A stretch of 62,739 bases of DNA, counting the filler, from Phoronis australis (lineage: Eukaryota > Animalia > Phoronida), in NCBI GenBank assembly GCA_002633005.1. It is 7 parts of 7 records of this genome, joined end to end, with 100 filler letters (N's around TTAATTAATTAA, not from the genome) between each part and the next. Parts side by side here need not be neighbours in the genome. Positions count along the whole stretch, not along the records: positions 1 to 19,902 come from NMRA01001437.1; 6 more parts are not named here. One strand, 5' to 3'. Made by a program: the position numbers and the translations under genes. Of the stretch, positions 1-12,651 are shown one piece after another; positions within the stretch are counted from its first letter, which is position 1; every line of letters begins with the position of its first letter. The notes below the pieces were generated by a model. The model was not told the origin of the DNA. It saw only the letters and a program-made list of their open reading frames with translations, and did no database searches.

Positions 1-134
1 AAGGTTGCTGTCTTCACACTTGATTGACAGCGTTGAGTATTCACAACACCTTTCAAGGATTAGCACTTTCCCTATCAAACCTTCTCTCACTGCTGGCTAT
101 TTTCCCAGCGGTCTTAGCTCCATAGCTCATTACT

Positions 135-184
135 ATGTGTGTGTGTGTGCGTGTGTGCTTGTGTGCGTGGTTGCGTGCGTGTGA
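135..184. repeat. Imperfect (TG)n microsatellite
   Basis: tgtgtgtgtgtgtgtgcgtgtgtgcttgtgtgcgtg run. Confidence 0.8.
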
Positions 185-941
185 TTTTCATCTTTTTTTA
201 AAAACTTCAAAAGCGAAATAATTGTCATTATTTTAATACTATATTGTGCCACAAGAATATGCTGATTTGAATTTTTTGAGTTTGCGACCATTTCATGCAT
301 TTCAATGTATGTTTTTAATATAGAACAGCAGTGACACCTGTTGCCAAAATATAAATCACGCATCATAAGTTCATTTTTAACTGCAGCTCTGATGACTCAG
401 TTTACAGAATATTAAAGCTAATTAAAATGATATGAAAAACTTTATAACATCAGTTTGACTTGAAATCACCAAAACATAGTGCACTCATCATTTAACCAGT
501 ATCACTTAATATTTGTTTGGTAAGCTACTTGGCTGTTTTCGTTAATTTAGTCTTGGTCTACATATATTTTTTTAGTAAAAAAGCTCACTATAGAAGGCTG
601 TTTTGTAAACTTAGATGTAAAAACCTTGGTCTACGCATTTTTTGCAAAAAAAATCTGTGCGGGTTGTTGCTGGTGAACGGTCCTGGGGNCCCCATTTTGG
701 ACACCCTGTTTTCGAAATCCTGGATAAAAGCCTGGTGCTACCTACTCTTCATTTTCATTTTTTCATTTGGTAAAGTTCCTATTGTTTGTAGCATTTAAGT
801 AATAGGCTTTTAAACAATACTAATTTTGTTTATTTTTGTGCAAAATAATTACCACAATCTTCATGTGTTTCATATACTCGTGGACATGTAATCGTCATTT
901 CATGGTTTTAAACTTATTGTTGAGCACTTGATATTTGACAG

Positions 942-1124
942 GAACTGACTCCTCAGACACCGAATGTTCCAAATGTCCAGAGAGGCATTTCAGTGACCTG
1001 TCGGACAACTTCAAGGAGCCTTGTCAGCCGTGGAAGAACTGTACCGGGGATTATGTTACTGATTTTCCGGGCAATGAAACAAGTGACAGGACATGCAAAA
1101 ATAAGACAGATGGACAAATAGCAG
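942..1124 (+). CDS. TNF receptor superfamily gene, cysteine-rich domain exon (upstream exons outside window)
   Basis: ag|GAACT...GCAG|gt, phase 1-1; GTDSSDTECSKCPERHFSD...CQPWKNC...GNETSDRTC matches the TNFR CRD pattern. Confidence 0.85.
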
Positions 1125-1372
1125 GTACCTGAAATTAACATTCATTGGTTCATGGTTATAGCGGAACTGATTTGTGACACACTTCTTAAAACATTTTGAA
1201 ATGGTGCTAAGGAATTTCGCAGTTCAAATGTTATCTGCTCAACACTCACATTACGGGCTTGGCCATTCAGAACTCACAGGGGTAATAAAACAATTATCGT
1301 TTCAACCGGGACAGTGAACCCTTCTTAAGCTGTGTGTTTAGTTACACATAGTCCAACTGGAACAGCTGTGTG

Positions 1373-1880
1373 GCCCTTTCATACGAACTCAACTCCGGTA
1401 AGAGTGGAGCCTCGATGTAAACTGTGAAGTTAATTGAATCGTTCATACCAGATTCGGTAGTTAACGGCATCGAAGTAAATGGTAGGTGCTGCTGTCATCA
1501 TCGAAGTAATCGCAAGGTAGCACTGATGCATCCCGTGTGGTTATTTAGTGTGACAATTTGAGAACATTTAGGTGACTGTGCTAACTGACATAAAACCTTT
1601 CTAATTCGATTGGTTATTTTTGGAGCAAAATATAAGCATTTATTAGGGCCGACATTGTCCTTTTAATTGTTAACGATACCAGTAGCCCCTTGTGATAAGT
1701 TCAATGAGACCGTAGTTGACCTTTTGTACTGTTCTGCAGCATCGACACTTCGCTGTTAAATCCACCTGTTTACTGCAAAGTTAACTGGCGCTGTTAACTT
1801 CAATCCGGCACCAAAGTTAACCATTCATACTGACCACAACTCCCCAAAACATTGATGCGTCGATGTTTGTATGAAAGGGC
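1373..1880. mobile_element. MITE with short TIRs, possibly PIF/Harbinger-like
   Basis: gccctttcatacgaac ... gtttgtatgaaagggc inverted termini; no clear TSD. Confidence 0.5.
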
Positions 1881-2062
1881 AGGGTTCAAAAAGAACTGCT
1901 TTCAATGACCTTGGTTGGCAGTTTCAAAAGACCTATCTTATGTGAATGACACCCATCCATGATTTTCTACCATCAACAAAATTCTAAGCCACTATGCGGA
2001 CTTAAGTTACTCCATCCAAGTTCAAAATGCTCTTCTTCCACTCTCGAGATTAATTGTCTTAA

Positions 2063-3714
2063 AGGAGCATGCCACCCAAAAAACAACCTAATTTGTATCA
2101 ATTTAGATCGAGTAGTTCTACTTCATAACGACACGTACGGTTGCGTTACCTGATACCTGACGGCAGACGGAGGTGTTAAAATTATCCAATGACGTCATCG
2201 GTTTCACACGCAGTCTGTTCAGCAGTTCACAACACGGGTTACTGGTGTCAGCTTATCGCTTGAAGTCATCGTTTAACACCAATAAATCATCAAACTTCGA
2301 TGTAAAACCCTTAAAAATACACTGAGTTCATATAAAAACGTGTTGTTTTATTTCGCTCTTACGGATTTATTGGTATTTGGACACACCGTAGCAGGCCAAT
2401 ATAAGGTCCGTAGCAGAAGCTTAGGGTCTGTTCGGAGATAACTTCGAAGTATTTTCCGTGAGATACAGACAGGAGAACATAGATCTGTGTTGTTTAGTTT
2501 GAGTTCTAAACACGTAAAACGCTCGTTAGCCTGGCTATTGGCTCGGAGCCCGATCAGGCCCGTCGCGGCCGGCCGAATTGACTCGTTATCCCCGGCCAGT
2601 GGCTCGGAAACTGATCAGATATCAAGAACATAAACCAGCCAAAGTTCAGTGGAAACTAGTAAACTTCCAATCAAGAAAATACTATAATAGTGAGCCAAAG
2701 GAATGTGCACGTGATTATGTTGGTGAATTAGCCACTGCAAATCTACTTACTCTGGTCGGGGGCTGCGAATTCAGGTTCCGCTTTGGCCACAGCACCGTCA
2801 GGGCAGAAGTTGTACATTGACAATCATTACATGAGTAATGTAAATGTAAATAAAGATTCCCCTAACACCTGGCCGTTGGATGGAAATCGAGTTGTTTCAC
2901 AACAGTTTCTGCCAGCAAGCACTAAATTAGCATGAGCTCACACGGCCTAGGTGTCCCGTCAAATAGTTTTATTGCACCCGAAGCTGGTAACGCAGTGATT
3001 TATTCATTGCTGGCTTCTCAAATCATTTGCACTCACGAACACTCCAAAGGCATTACAAATTGCATCTAATGAGACAGACTTTGTTTCAGTTTTATATAAG
3101 TATTGGTTAGGGTGAGCCTTTTGAAACAGAACGCTCAGTAATAAACGCCAACATGGCAACTCGCAATAACGACTTAGGAAGAGGTAGAGCTCATCGGTCC
3201 CGACTTCGCAAGTGGATCGTTAAGTTTTACAGGCTATCAATTCGAACAGGAATACAGTGATGAAGAAATACTGGAGAGGCTCCGCGAACAAGCTCAGACA
3301 ACGGAACGTATGGAGTTATTTGGTAAGCCGGCATTCGTCAGGCAATGTCGACGTCTGCAGGCCACAGACACGGAGATGTTTCACGGCCTCATACTTGCTA
3401 TTTACAGAGTACATTTCATTTTTCACTGCCATGAGCCACTTCCTAAGCATTTCGGACTCTCGAGGAAGTAAAAAAAAACGATATACCCGCTTTCCTCGCA
3501 GCTGCTTAGTTCGGACAAGCGGGAACGATGCACCGCAACATAGCGGCAATAACTCTGCATATGAACCACTGATGTCGCTAGCGTCGTTTCTCACCTTCCT
3601 CACAGGTTAACGCGACACCTCTTGGCAAGGTAAGGTCGACCGTATGCGAGGCGATGTGGATACAGACCGATTAAGACGGCAAAAACGACTAATTAAATCG
3701 GGTGGAATTCTCCT
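2063..3714 (-). mobile_element. Non-autonomous Kolobok DNA transposon, family A copy 1, with THAP remnant
   Basis: TTAA flanks (2059-62, 3715-18); termini aggagcatgccac / gtggaattctcct; THAP remnant 3316-3603 (FFLLPRESEMLRKW...LRVCG); homologous and inverted relative to 12652-15412. Confidence 0.85.
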
Positions 3715-3759
3715 TTAATGGACAAAGTTTTGAGTCAGGGAGACTTATACTTTAGATCA

Positions 3760-3872
3760 TGTGAGATCACCATACTCACAAATTTGTGCCTGCCAACATC
3801 TGCATGTGAAGCTGCAGTCATGTCCACATACAGACACACGCACCTATATGTGAACATGCACCCATATCCACC
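3760..3872. repeat. Left part of a ~44-bp minisatellite interrupted by the 3875-5529 insertion
   Basis: atgtgaagctgcag / atgtgaacatgcacccatatccac units also seen at 5532-5870. Confidence 0.6.
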
Positions 3873-3874
3873 TA

Positions 3875-5529
3875 CCGTATTCGCCTTAATAACCGCCCAG
3901 GGCACTTAGAAAAGTTCTTTTCAGGGGGAGGGGGCGCTTATTATAACCCAAGGCAATTGAAACCCGGTCTCCGAAACGGGTGAAATCGGAAGCTAAGATT
4001 CATCATATTTACGCTCTGTGACATATCTGTAATCTATGAAAGATTTTCTACAAAACCATGATGCATTGCTATCAAACTTTGCTGATAAATTACGATCAGT
4101 TTACAGAAAATTGTGCTGAAATCCCAGGGCAAAAACTCGCCGACTGACTGCCTTGCAGTCGTCGATATGGCGACTTGAATGCTTGAATAAAAATACAGTT
4201 TTGACTCAAAGCAAATTACCTGAAAACCTCCTTAAGTTTTCCAAGTAGCGTCCCTAAGATTTTTAAGTTCTAGTGGAGTCGGGATTAACGGCAGATTTCA
4301 GTGGCGGATTTAGAGGGGGGCCAAGGGGGCCATGGCCCCCCCTAAAATTCTCCAAGATTCCATTAGGCTGTTCGGGAGTGCCTATGTCTGACAGGCAAAA
4401 TACTGGCTAATACTCTGCCCTGGCCCCCCCTAACTCAAAATCCTGGATCCGCCCATGGATTTAAGTACAAATCTAAGCTACATCGTGCCATCTACATGTA
4501 TGATCGGCATCATGAGAAAAATGTCTGGACGAACACACATGTTGTTGTCATGTGATGTTTGTTTAGAAGTTCGTCTGCGTTTGTGAGTAAGCGAGCGCGT
4601 GCGTGTCACCAGAGTTCATTTGCCAGACGTCTTATGGCCAGCAAGCCACGTAATATGTGCATTGTATCTAAAGAAATTTGCACAAGCAGTAGGCCTAAAC
4701 CAGAGTGTGTTTCATTCAGCACTTGCCGGTCTCGTGTGATAAAAACGTTCGGTAAGGCCCATATTAGTCACCGTGTGGCTGGATGCGTACGTAACTATTT
4801 GACAGTTATTTTTCAGTGAAAGGGTGTGTAAGCATTCACTGCCAGTGGTCATTTTATCGGATATTTGGCTTAAAAACACCAATTATGGTGAATCAATCAA
4901 TCCATCTTAAAAATAACGCAAACATTTTTATAGTATTAGAAACTGTCTGAAATTAGTGCCAATATTTATTTCTTGCCGATGCTATGCTACCCGTTTCATG
5001 AATGGATAGTTCCCGACTAATGTCTTTGATGACAGGTTCATGTATGTAGCACGCGCTTCCTGGCCACGCGCTGTTAACACTGGCTAAGCTTTTTATTAGT
5101 CTTCGATTTGCGGTTTTCACGTGTACAAAACAATTTGGATTCCTGTTGAAAGCGGGAAATATCTACAAAGCAATCCTGTAGACAAGTACACCATGCCTGT
5201 TCAGAAAGGCCAGACCATTGGTCCTCGCAAGATCAGCAAAACTTTTGTGTTCGTTTTGAGGCATGCCGTAAATTTGAAGTGTATAGTCATGGCTAAGTAC
5301 TGACATTGTGGCAAGGCCCGTAATCTACAAATTCTGCGCACAATGATTTTTTTCAGGACTGTCGGATAATATTGATTAATTGAAGACGTTACTGTAGAAT
5401 TTTAGGACTGTAGGTAAGGCATTTTTTGCACGTACACGTTAATGGACTGGGCGCTTATTTTAGCAAAATCCGAAAACGCGTGGCGGGGGGCGCTTATAGG
5501 GGCATGGGCGGTTTTTACGGCAAATACGG
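3875..5529. mobile_element. Non-autonomous Tc1/mariner-type element with TA TSD
   Basis: TA|ccgtattcgccttaataaccgccc ... gggcggtttttacggcaaatacgg|TA; no transposase recognised. Confidence 0.75.
4299..4457 (+). mobile_element. ~160-bp MITE family B, nested in the previous element
   Basis: cagtggcggat...atccgcccatg termini; 5-bp TSD gattt; other copies at 24878, 32649, 34530. Confidence 0.8.
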
Positions 5530-5531
5530 TA

Positions 5532-5870
5532 TATAGGCACACACGCCTCTGTATGTGAATGTGGCTGGAGCCATATACACGTATAGGCACGCTGCAGCCA
5601 TATTCACATGTGGGCTGGCACACCTGTATGTGAAGCTACACCCATAAGCCACATATGGTCACCCAGACTTGTATGTGACGCTGCAGCCGTATTCACATGT
5701 GGGCTGGCATGCCTGTATGCGAAACTACACCCATAATCCACACGTGGTCACAAAGACCTGTATGTGACGCTGCAGCCATATTCACATGTGGGCTGGCACA
5801 TCTAAATGATATGTGAAACTGTACCCATACCCACATACGGGCATATAAACCTATATGTGAAGCACTAGCA
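5532..5870. repeat. Minisatellite, ~44-45 bp units (~89-bp dimer)
   Basis: repeating gtatgtgacgctgcagccatattcacatgtgggctggcacacct / gtatgtgaagctacacccata units. Confidence 0.8.
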
Positions 5871-6670
5871 CAAACTAACCAAAGGAGATTATTTTTGTAA
5901 TATAATGTAAGTGAAACTCGACTGGAGTTGAACACCGTGTGCCAGTACCTCTGGTGCATGGAATACTGACATGAAGATGATAGAATACTGATGTAGTATC
6001 AAAACAAAAAGTACTTGGCAAAATCGATGCCTTGAAAACTGGCAGTGTGGCTGATGTAACATTTTCAAGCTTTATTTTCATAAGTCAGCTATGTTGTATG
6101 TGCCAATCGTGCAGTCAAACTCAAGTTCGCAAATATTCAGTAAAACAACCAAGAATAACTTTATTACCAGCTCTCTAAGAGGCATACCCCATCAAATTTT
6201 ATGGTCTAGTCTTGCTAGAAAACCAAATGTATCGCAAGTTTACCTTCAACTGATGGTATCGATATGGAAAATGTGTCAGTATCTTAACTAGCAGTATTGG
6301 TACGGTTACCATAACGATTTCAATATACTGGTACCCAACACTATTTGTTACAAAATGTGAGATGTTGACAGGTATTAATATTTGAATGAAACATCCTGGG
6401 AATGGACAAAAAGTGAATAGAGAACACCCAAATTAAGATGCACATGTATTGAAGTGATAGCAATTGGTAAGTGAAGCTAATGTGTCCATGCGCTCATGTC
6501 CCAAAAATGGTCAAAATTTTTTTTAAGAAATGCAAAATTTAAGATGTAAGCATATAAGGAAAAATCTGCTAGCTTTCATATAGGGTAATTTTAGTCAGAT
6601 TTCTGGTAACTGACAGTTCGAAATAAAAGTCAGAATTAACTGTTTACAATATCTAAATTCATGGTTTCAG

Positions 6671-6782
6671 GTAGTGATGGAAGCTCAAGTATTGGCATAA
6701 TAGTTGGCAGCGTTGTGGGCACCCTATTTGCCATATTGTTTATAGCTGGCGTGGTTTTGCTGGTTACCAGAAGAAACATCAG
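6671..6782 (+). CDS. TNFR-like gene, transmembrane exon
   Basis: tttcag|GTAGT phase 1; IGIIVGSVVGTLFAILFIAGVVLLV followed by basic TRRNIR; donor AG|gtttga (phase 2) fits the next exon; alternative donor at 6805. Confidence 0.75.
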
Positions 6783-7805
6783 GTTTGAAAATATGTGCTT
6801 AAAAGTAAATTCTTGCTATATCAGCACCATGACATTGTATGTTCACTTCTACAAATTGGTCCATGATTCAACCACCAGTATCTATGTCACAAGGATAAAT
6901 TATTAAAGCTTATTTGCACTGCGCAAGGTCAGAACTACTGTAAGGCTTGGTTACTGAGAATTTGTAACATTTTCTTGCCATGCCCTTTGGTTGGCCTTGC
7001 AGACATTTGGTTTTAAGCTGCAATTTGCCCTGTTTAGGTGGCTAAAATCAAAGAAGGCCTTTGCTTTCACAAAATCTGTAATATTCTTAATAGTGTTCTG
7101 TTTCCATTAGTAACAAGATCATCAAAACCAATAACGACTCGAGATAAGGCTTCAGGCTTTATAAGTGTTGGGCAATCCTAAAATTGCAAGTTTGAAAATG
7201 ATGCTCGCAGGCATAGTCTGCCACTAGAATTGGTATGGAATCTGACCACAGTAAGGGATATTATGGGACTGATTCTGTGGGAGTAAAAGACCTTATTTGA
7301 TTTTCGTTTTTTTAGCCAGCCATAAGCAGGCCAAATATTTATGCAGCATTGACCAAAAACGGTGTGATGAAACAATAGCAAGCATTTGACATGCACCTGC
7401 CATTGTTAAAGTATGAAAGCAGAGTTGTTAACTGTTATGGATTTATTTGTATTCTATGTACTTTTAAGGCCTAAAATCACTACATACAGATTTTCAACAG
7501 TTACTGTTTTTTAACATTTATTTGTTTTTGAAAAAATCATGCGAAATTTATCAGTATCTTCAGAATTATCAACGTTTTGAAGCACTAAATCAGCGAAGAT
7601 CAAGGCAGAAAATATTTACTCTGCCCAGCAACATGGACTAGCTATCATTGCTCACGAGTCCTGTAGTTAGACATCATTACACTTAATTCACGTCTCAAAT
7701 CTAACTTCTCAGTGCTCAGCTTTAAAGTCATTCATGAAGAACAATTCTTCACAATAATGGGTCAGGATGACATATAACTTGATGTGATAAATTTTATAAT
7801 TTTAG

Positions 7806-7840
7806 ACTTCCCTGCTGTGGCGATGAAGAACAGGCAGGAG
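7806..7840 (+). CDS. TNFR-like gene, juxtamembrane microexon (LPCCGDEEQAG)
   Basis: ttttag|A...GGAG|gttagt, phase 2 to 1, keeps the reading frame open. Confidence 0.6.
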
Positions 7841-8289
7841 GTTAGTGCAAAGTGTGCCAGTCTGCAATGAATGCGTGACTTTGTATAGGATGTTTCTAAG
7901 TCAATAAGGAAGTGGGAAATGTACTGAATTTCCTTTTATACCTACTAGCATCTAGTCCATACAGTTTACAAGGCATTGTGGAACTATTAAAGAATGTGTG
8001 CTAGCTGGAGCTGCCAGTAAATATAGAAGCACCATGGAGGATAATTATTATGTGAACAATTGTTGTAATAAGTCATGGTGCACAATAAATAACGAAATTT
8101 TTGATGTTTGTCATTGATTTAGGATTTGACAGTGGTTTTCTGTTATGTAATTTTGGACATTACCAAAATGAACTGAAATCCAGATACAAAGACTATTTTA
8201 CACTTATCTGTAAAAAGTTGTATGTTTTATAACATACTTTGTGTAACTGTATTTGACATCAACTGATAATAAAGCCAGTATTTCTGCTT

Positions 8290-9189
8290 ATGGCATATAT
8301 GATGACGCATTCTCATTTTTGGACTCATTTGAGTCCATTTTTTGGCGTCATCCTCCTCTGCCAAACCACTCAAAGCATCATTATGAAAATTGGCATTATA
8401 AAACTTAGTATGTGTTTCTGATCAGAAGACTATAGCTTATGGTGTTTTTTTGACGAGTCTGGCAAATGTGGCACCTCTTGATTCTATCTTTTTTGTGTCC
8501 ACGGCTTATCTCAGTAATCTTTGGCAGGTTCTTTGTGATTTTTTCTGCATCGAATGCTCATAGTCTTTGGATGGCTCTGAGTGTGGCAATTTTAATTTAT
8601 ATGCTTGTCTCTCTATCTCAAGAAGTCATTGACAGTTTTTCATGAAATTTGGCAAACAAATTTCTATTATAAACACAACAGCAGGATTCCATTTTGGGAT
8701 GGATTCGGCATAGTGGCCATTTGCATGATTTTCTAGTCATTTTGTAATGTCTGTATCTGTATCTGCCCACCGCTCAAAGGAATTGTCAAAATTTACAAGC
8801 ACGCAGCTGACATAAATTTTCATAAAGGTCCAATGACTGTGGTGCCACCCAGTGGCACTTTTTTACATTTGCTGCAGTATCTCATTTATACCCATTGCAA
8901 GATCTTTTTGGAAATTAGGCAAGTGTATACATTATTAACTTGACAACCAGATCGACAGATCTACAGTGTAACACTGTGCCTCACTATGGCAATTTGTTTT
9001 TTTCATGTCTGCTCCTGTGTCATTGAAGTTCCTGGACAGATTTTTAGGAAATTTACCAGTTTACTGGAGAGATACCCTACCCATTTTGGATAGGTTAGAC
9101 ATATTCTTGTTATTCTAATAACACACACCTAGAAGCTCACCATTCTTGGTGCAGTGGTGGGTGCATTTCAAGACTCTGCATTGCTGTTA
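8290..9189 (+). mobile_element. Decayed copy of the Helentron-associated (HINE-like) element
   Basis: 3' end cctagaagctcacc...ttcaagactctgcattgctgtt resembles 18709-18772; periodic gtggca motifs; left boundary approximate. Confidence 0.5.
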
Positions 9190-9461
9190 TGTTATTTATT
9201 ATCCAAATGTTGCGGTACTTAGGTACCCATGTGCTGGTGTATTAACAGTTGACCTGAGGTTAATATCAGCATTTGCAAATCGTTCTTATCTGTGATACTG
9301 AGTGCGAGGTGTTTATAATGTGTTATGAGGTGATGATCTGGCAATATTCATGGCTGAAACAAATGTTAGGTTCATTGTTACTTTTGTGGAGACCGCCACA
9401 GGGAAAGTATTTTAAAATTTGTTATTAAACCTTGTAACAAAAGTTTTTGAATTAATTGCAG

Positions 9462-9503
9462 CTGAAGGTGTTGAACTTGGCCTCATACACGACGAAAGGG
9501 CTG
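9462..9503 (+). CDS. TNFR-like gene, 42-nt microexon A1 (AEGVELGLIHDERA)
   Basis: ttgcag|CT...CTG|gtaagc, phase 1-1; paralogous to 19168-19209. Confidence 0.7.
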
Positions 9504-9580
9504 GTAAGCTCCATTTACCATTTTTCCAAAATAAATGTTAAGTTTTGTAGTACAGGCTACATATAGTTCCCTAATTGCTA

Positions 9581-9817
9581 TCCATGAATAACTGGTGCAT
9601 ACTGTTGTCATCAATGGATAGCTGGTGCATGTTGTTGTTATCAGTGAATAGTTGGTGCATACTGTTGTCATCCATTAGTAGCTGGTGCATACTGTTGTCA
9701 TCAGTGAATAGTTGGTGCATACTGTTGTCATCCATTAGTAGTTGGTGCATACTGTTGTCATCAGTGAATAGTTGGTGCATACTGTTGTCATCCATGAATA
9801 GTTGGTGCATACTGTTG
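9581..9817. repeat. 30-bp tandem repeat (~8 units, alternating variants)
   Basis: atagttggtgcatactgttgtcatc(agtga/catta) repeated up to the acceptor of the next microexon. Confidence 0.95.
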
Positions 9818-9828
9818 ACTATTTTCAG

Positions 9829-9861
9829 GTCCTCCAACAGACAGGACTATCGCTCAAAATG
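9829..9861 (+). CDS. TNFR-like gene, 33-nt microexon B1 (GPPTDRTIAQN)
   Basis: ttttcag|GT...ATG|gtaagt, phase 1-1; paralogous to 16831-16863. Confidence 0.7.
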
Positions 9862-10320
9862 GTAAGTGACTGAAGAAATCTGCCCCAACATTGCTCTCAC
9901 CTGTAATGTATTCCACTCTGAAGCAAAATATTTACAAGGAAATGGCCCACCTCATAATCCTCTGATTAGTAACTTTGGCTTTGTGAAAATACGACAGTGA
10001 CTGATGGTCTGTCTGCAGCAAAAATTCTTTCCCAATAAAGGTAGACTCTAAACTTATTGATTGCCCAAATGATTGCCATGCACTCACGTTCCATAACGAA
10101 ATAACTCTGTTCGCATTCACTTAACTTCTTACTAGCACACGCTAAAGGAAATAATGCCCCTGTGTACTTCTGCATGAGGCGAGCAACCAAACCAACGTCT
10201 GAAGCGTTTGCAAATATAAGGTTTCCTCCGTCTTAGAAAGTTTCAAAACTGGCCCCTTGCGCAGCTCATACTTGATTGCCTCAAGTGCTTTAGGTTGTTC
10301 TTGACCCCATTTAAGATTAA

Positions 10321-11164
10321 TATAGATTATTACCTGGCGAAGTCGTTATCCCCCGTTATGTAGAGCCCGAGTGGATTTTGGAGAATTATCGCCCCGAGGG
10401 TGATAATTCTACAAAATCCACGAGGGCTCTAGATAAGGGGGATAACGACTGAGAACATGTAATAATCTGTTTATACCACATACTGAACGAGAAACATTGC
10501 AATGAATCGATCTACCTTTCTCGACTCGCCTCGGCTTTGTAACTACTTTCTATGTCAGAGGCCCGGGGTCGGAGTTTGTGACCTTTTAAGAAAAGCCGAG
10601 CTATTTTTGTCAAATAATGCTTTTACTCAAAACCAATTGAAAATTTAAACAAAATAGAAATAAAGTGAATCTATAAATTAAGGTTTAGCAACTATTATAG
10701 CTTACTACACATATTATCAAGCTAAGCTTCGACTGGGAAATATCTGCCAAAGTAGGTTACCAATAGTAACTGAGCATAATGCTCAAGTCAAAGGATCCCG
10801 ACGACACGATACCCGCATTCAAATTGAGATTGGTGATTTACAAGTGAGAGAACACGAGAGAAAATTTCACTGAATTAAAATATCGTTTTTATGGAAATTA
10901 TGCTTTTTTTTCATAGCGTATAAATGTCAGTACAATGCCCTTTGCTGAACATGCAATTGTTGCGCGTGCTCATTTAAGTATTCTTCACGTTTGATGACGT
11001 CAGCCGCTGAGTGGTATAGTGGTTAAGTTGGTGACTCGAAACTCATGAGGCTCGGGTTCGAACCTGGCCTTGGTTTCCTGCCAAAATGATATCTCACTAG
11101 TGAGATAACTAAATGAGTTTTTACACGGTTGTATCTGCCATTCGACGCTAATATTGTGGTATAA
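10321..11164. mobile_element. Unclassified non-autonomous insertion with a ~146-bp terminal hairpin, inside Gypsy RT/RH linker
   Basis: imperfect palindrome 10324-10468 centred on gccccgagggt; ataccac near 10473 is inverted to gtggtat near 11157; removing the insert rejoins KKDKP..NLKW. Confidence 0.7.
11004..11075 (+). other. tRNA-derived (SINE-head-like) segment with Pol III A and B boxes
   Basis: A box tggtatagtgg 11012-11022; B box ggttcgaacc 11055-11064; no convincing acceptor stem. Confidence 0.55.
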
Positions 11165-12651
11165 TCAGGTTTATCCTTCTTGGTTAGCTCAGCCAAGGCA
11201 AGAATCTTGTCAGAAGAATCCTTAATGAACTTTCCATAATAATTAATCATTCCCAAGAATGAGTGAAGTTGAGACTTCGTTTTTGGAACTGCAATAGCTT
11301 CAATTTTGTCAGCAATGTCTGCTTATGTCATGAGGAACCCATCATGTCCAGTGAATTCAATATCAGATTATACCCTAGAAGTCCTTTGACGGTTTGACGG
11401 TTAAGTTGGCTTTATGAACCTAGCTGAACAAAACTTTCATTTTATTCATGTGGTTATCTGACTTTGACGTGTGAATCAAAACGTCATCAACAAAATTGTC
11501 GACATTTGACATGTCTCTCAACAATTTCTTCATCATTTTATTGTAGGTAGCCCCACTGTTCACTAGCCCAAATGGCATCTTGATATACTGATAATGACCA
11601 ATTGGTGTTGTGAATGCTGGGATTTCTTTGGAAGTGTCTTCCATAGGAATCTGCCAATAACCAGTTTACAAAAATCGATTTTGCTGAAAAATCTATCTCT
11701 TGTGCATTTTTGTAAAGATAGCCTCGGGGTCAGGCATTCCTTCACTATCAAATTGAGTGTTTTTGTTAACCTTTCACATGCTTTGACAATACCGAACAGC
11801 CTCGTTTTTCTTCTTGACAATGACTAGTGGTGAACAGTATGGAGATTCATAGGATTTAACAATAACCATTTTCAGCATGTTGTCAATTTCTCGTTTCATA
11901 TCTCCATCAAGAGAATATGGAATTCAATCTTATGTTCAATAAGGTCTGTTGTTCCTGGCTTTTATGAGAATATGTCTGTATATTGTTCCACCATTCATAT
12001 TAAAGCATCTGTCTGGTCGCCAGTCAAATCATGATTGATTTGTACATCACGATAAGTTTCAAGTTTTGCCAATGCACCAGGGGTATAAACTGACGCGGTG
12101 CCATCGCATTCTTCATCCATATTCTCAAATATGATAGCAGCGACACTCGCATGGGTGTTTTGCTCTTCCCCGCGGAAATACTGCTTCAACTTATTGACAT
12201 GATCTCATTGGTGTAATTGCACAAACACAATAGTTCCTTGATTGGAAATGGGTCTTTCCGTTTCATTTGTTGTGCTCTCTCGGCAGTAGAATTTTTAGAG
12301 CTTCATCATCTGGCTTCAGTTATTGCAATTTTGTTGACTTATTGTAATCGGCCTTTTGCGTTTGTTGGGCCTTTAACAATGCCTCGGAGGTGATCTTGCA
12401 GGTTTCCTGCAACTTCTTATGAAAGTCAAGGACATATTTGTAAGTGTCTCGCACTTCTTCTTCAACTGCCTCACTTGTTCATAATTCACGCAAAATTGTC
12501 ATGGGACCTCTGACAACCCGACCATAAAGGACCTCAAATGAAGAAAACCATCCTATGCCATCTATGGGAGGTTCCCTGATAACAAAGGCTCAATGAACCT
12601 ATCCCACTGGCGGGGTTGTTCACCTACCATGCGTTTTAACATTTGATTTAA

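Noticed and set aside
9571-9865. Repetitive ORFs (DDNSMHQLF / SWCILLSS)
   Set aside because: Translation by-products of the 30-bp tandem repeat; no spacers, so not CRISPR
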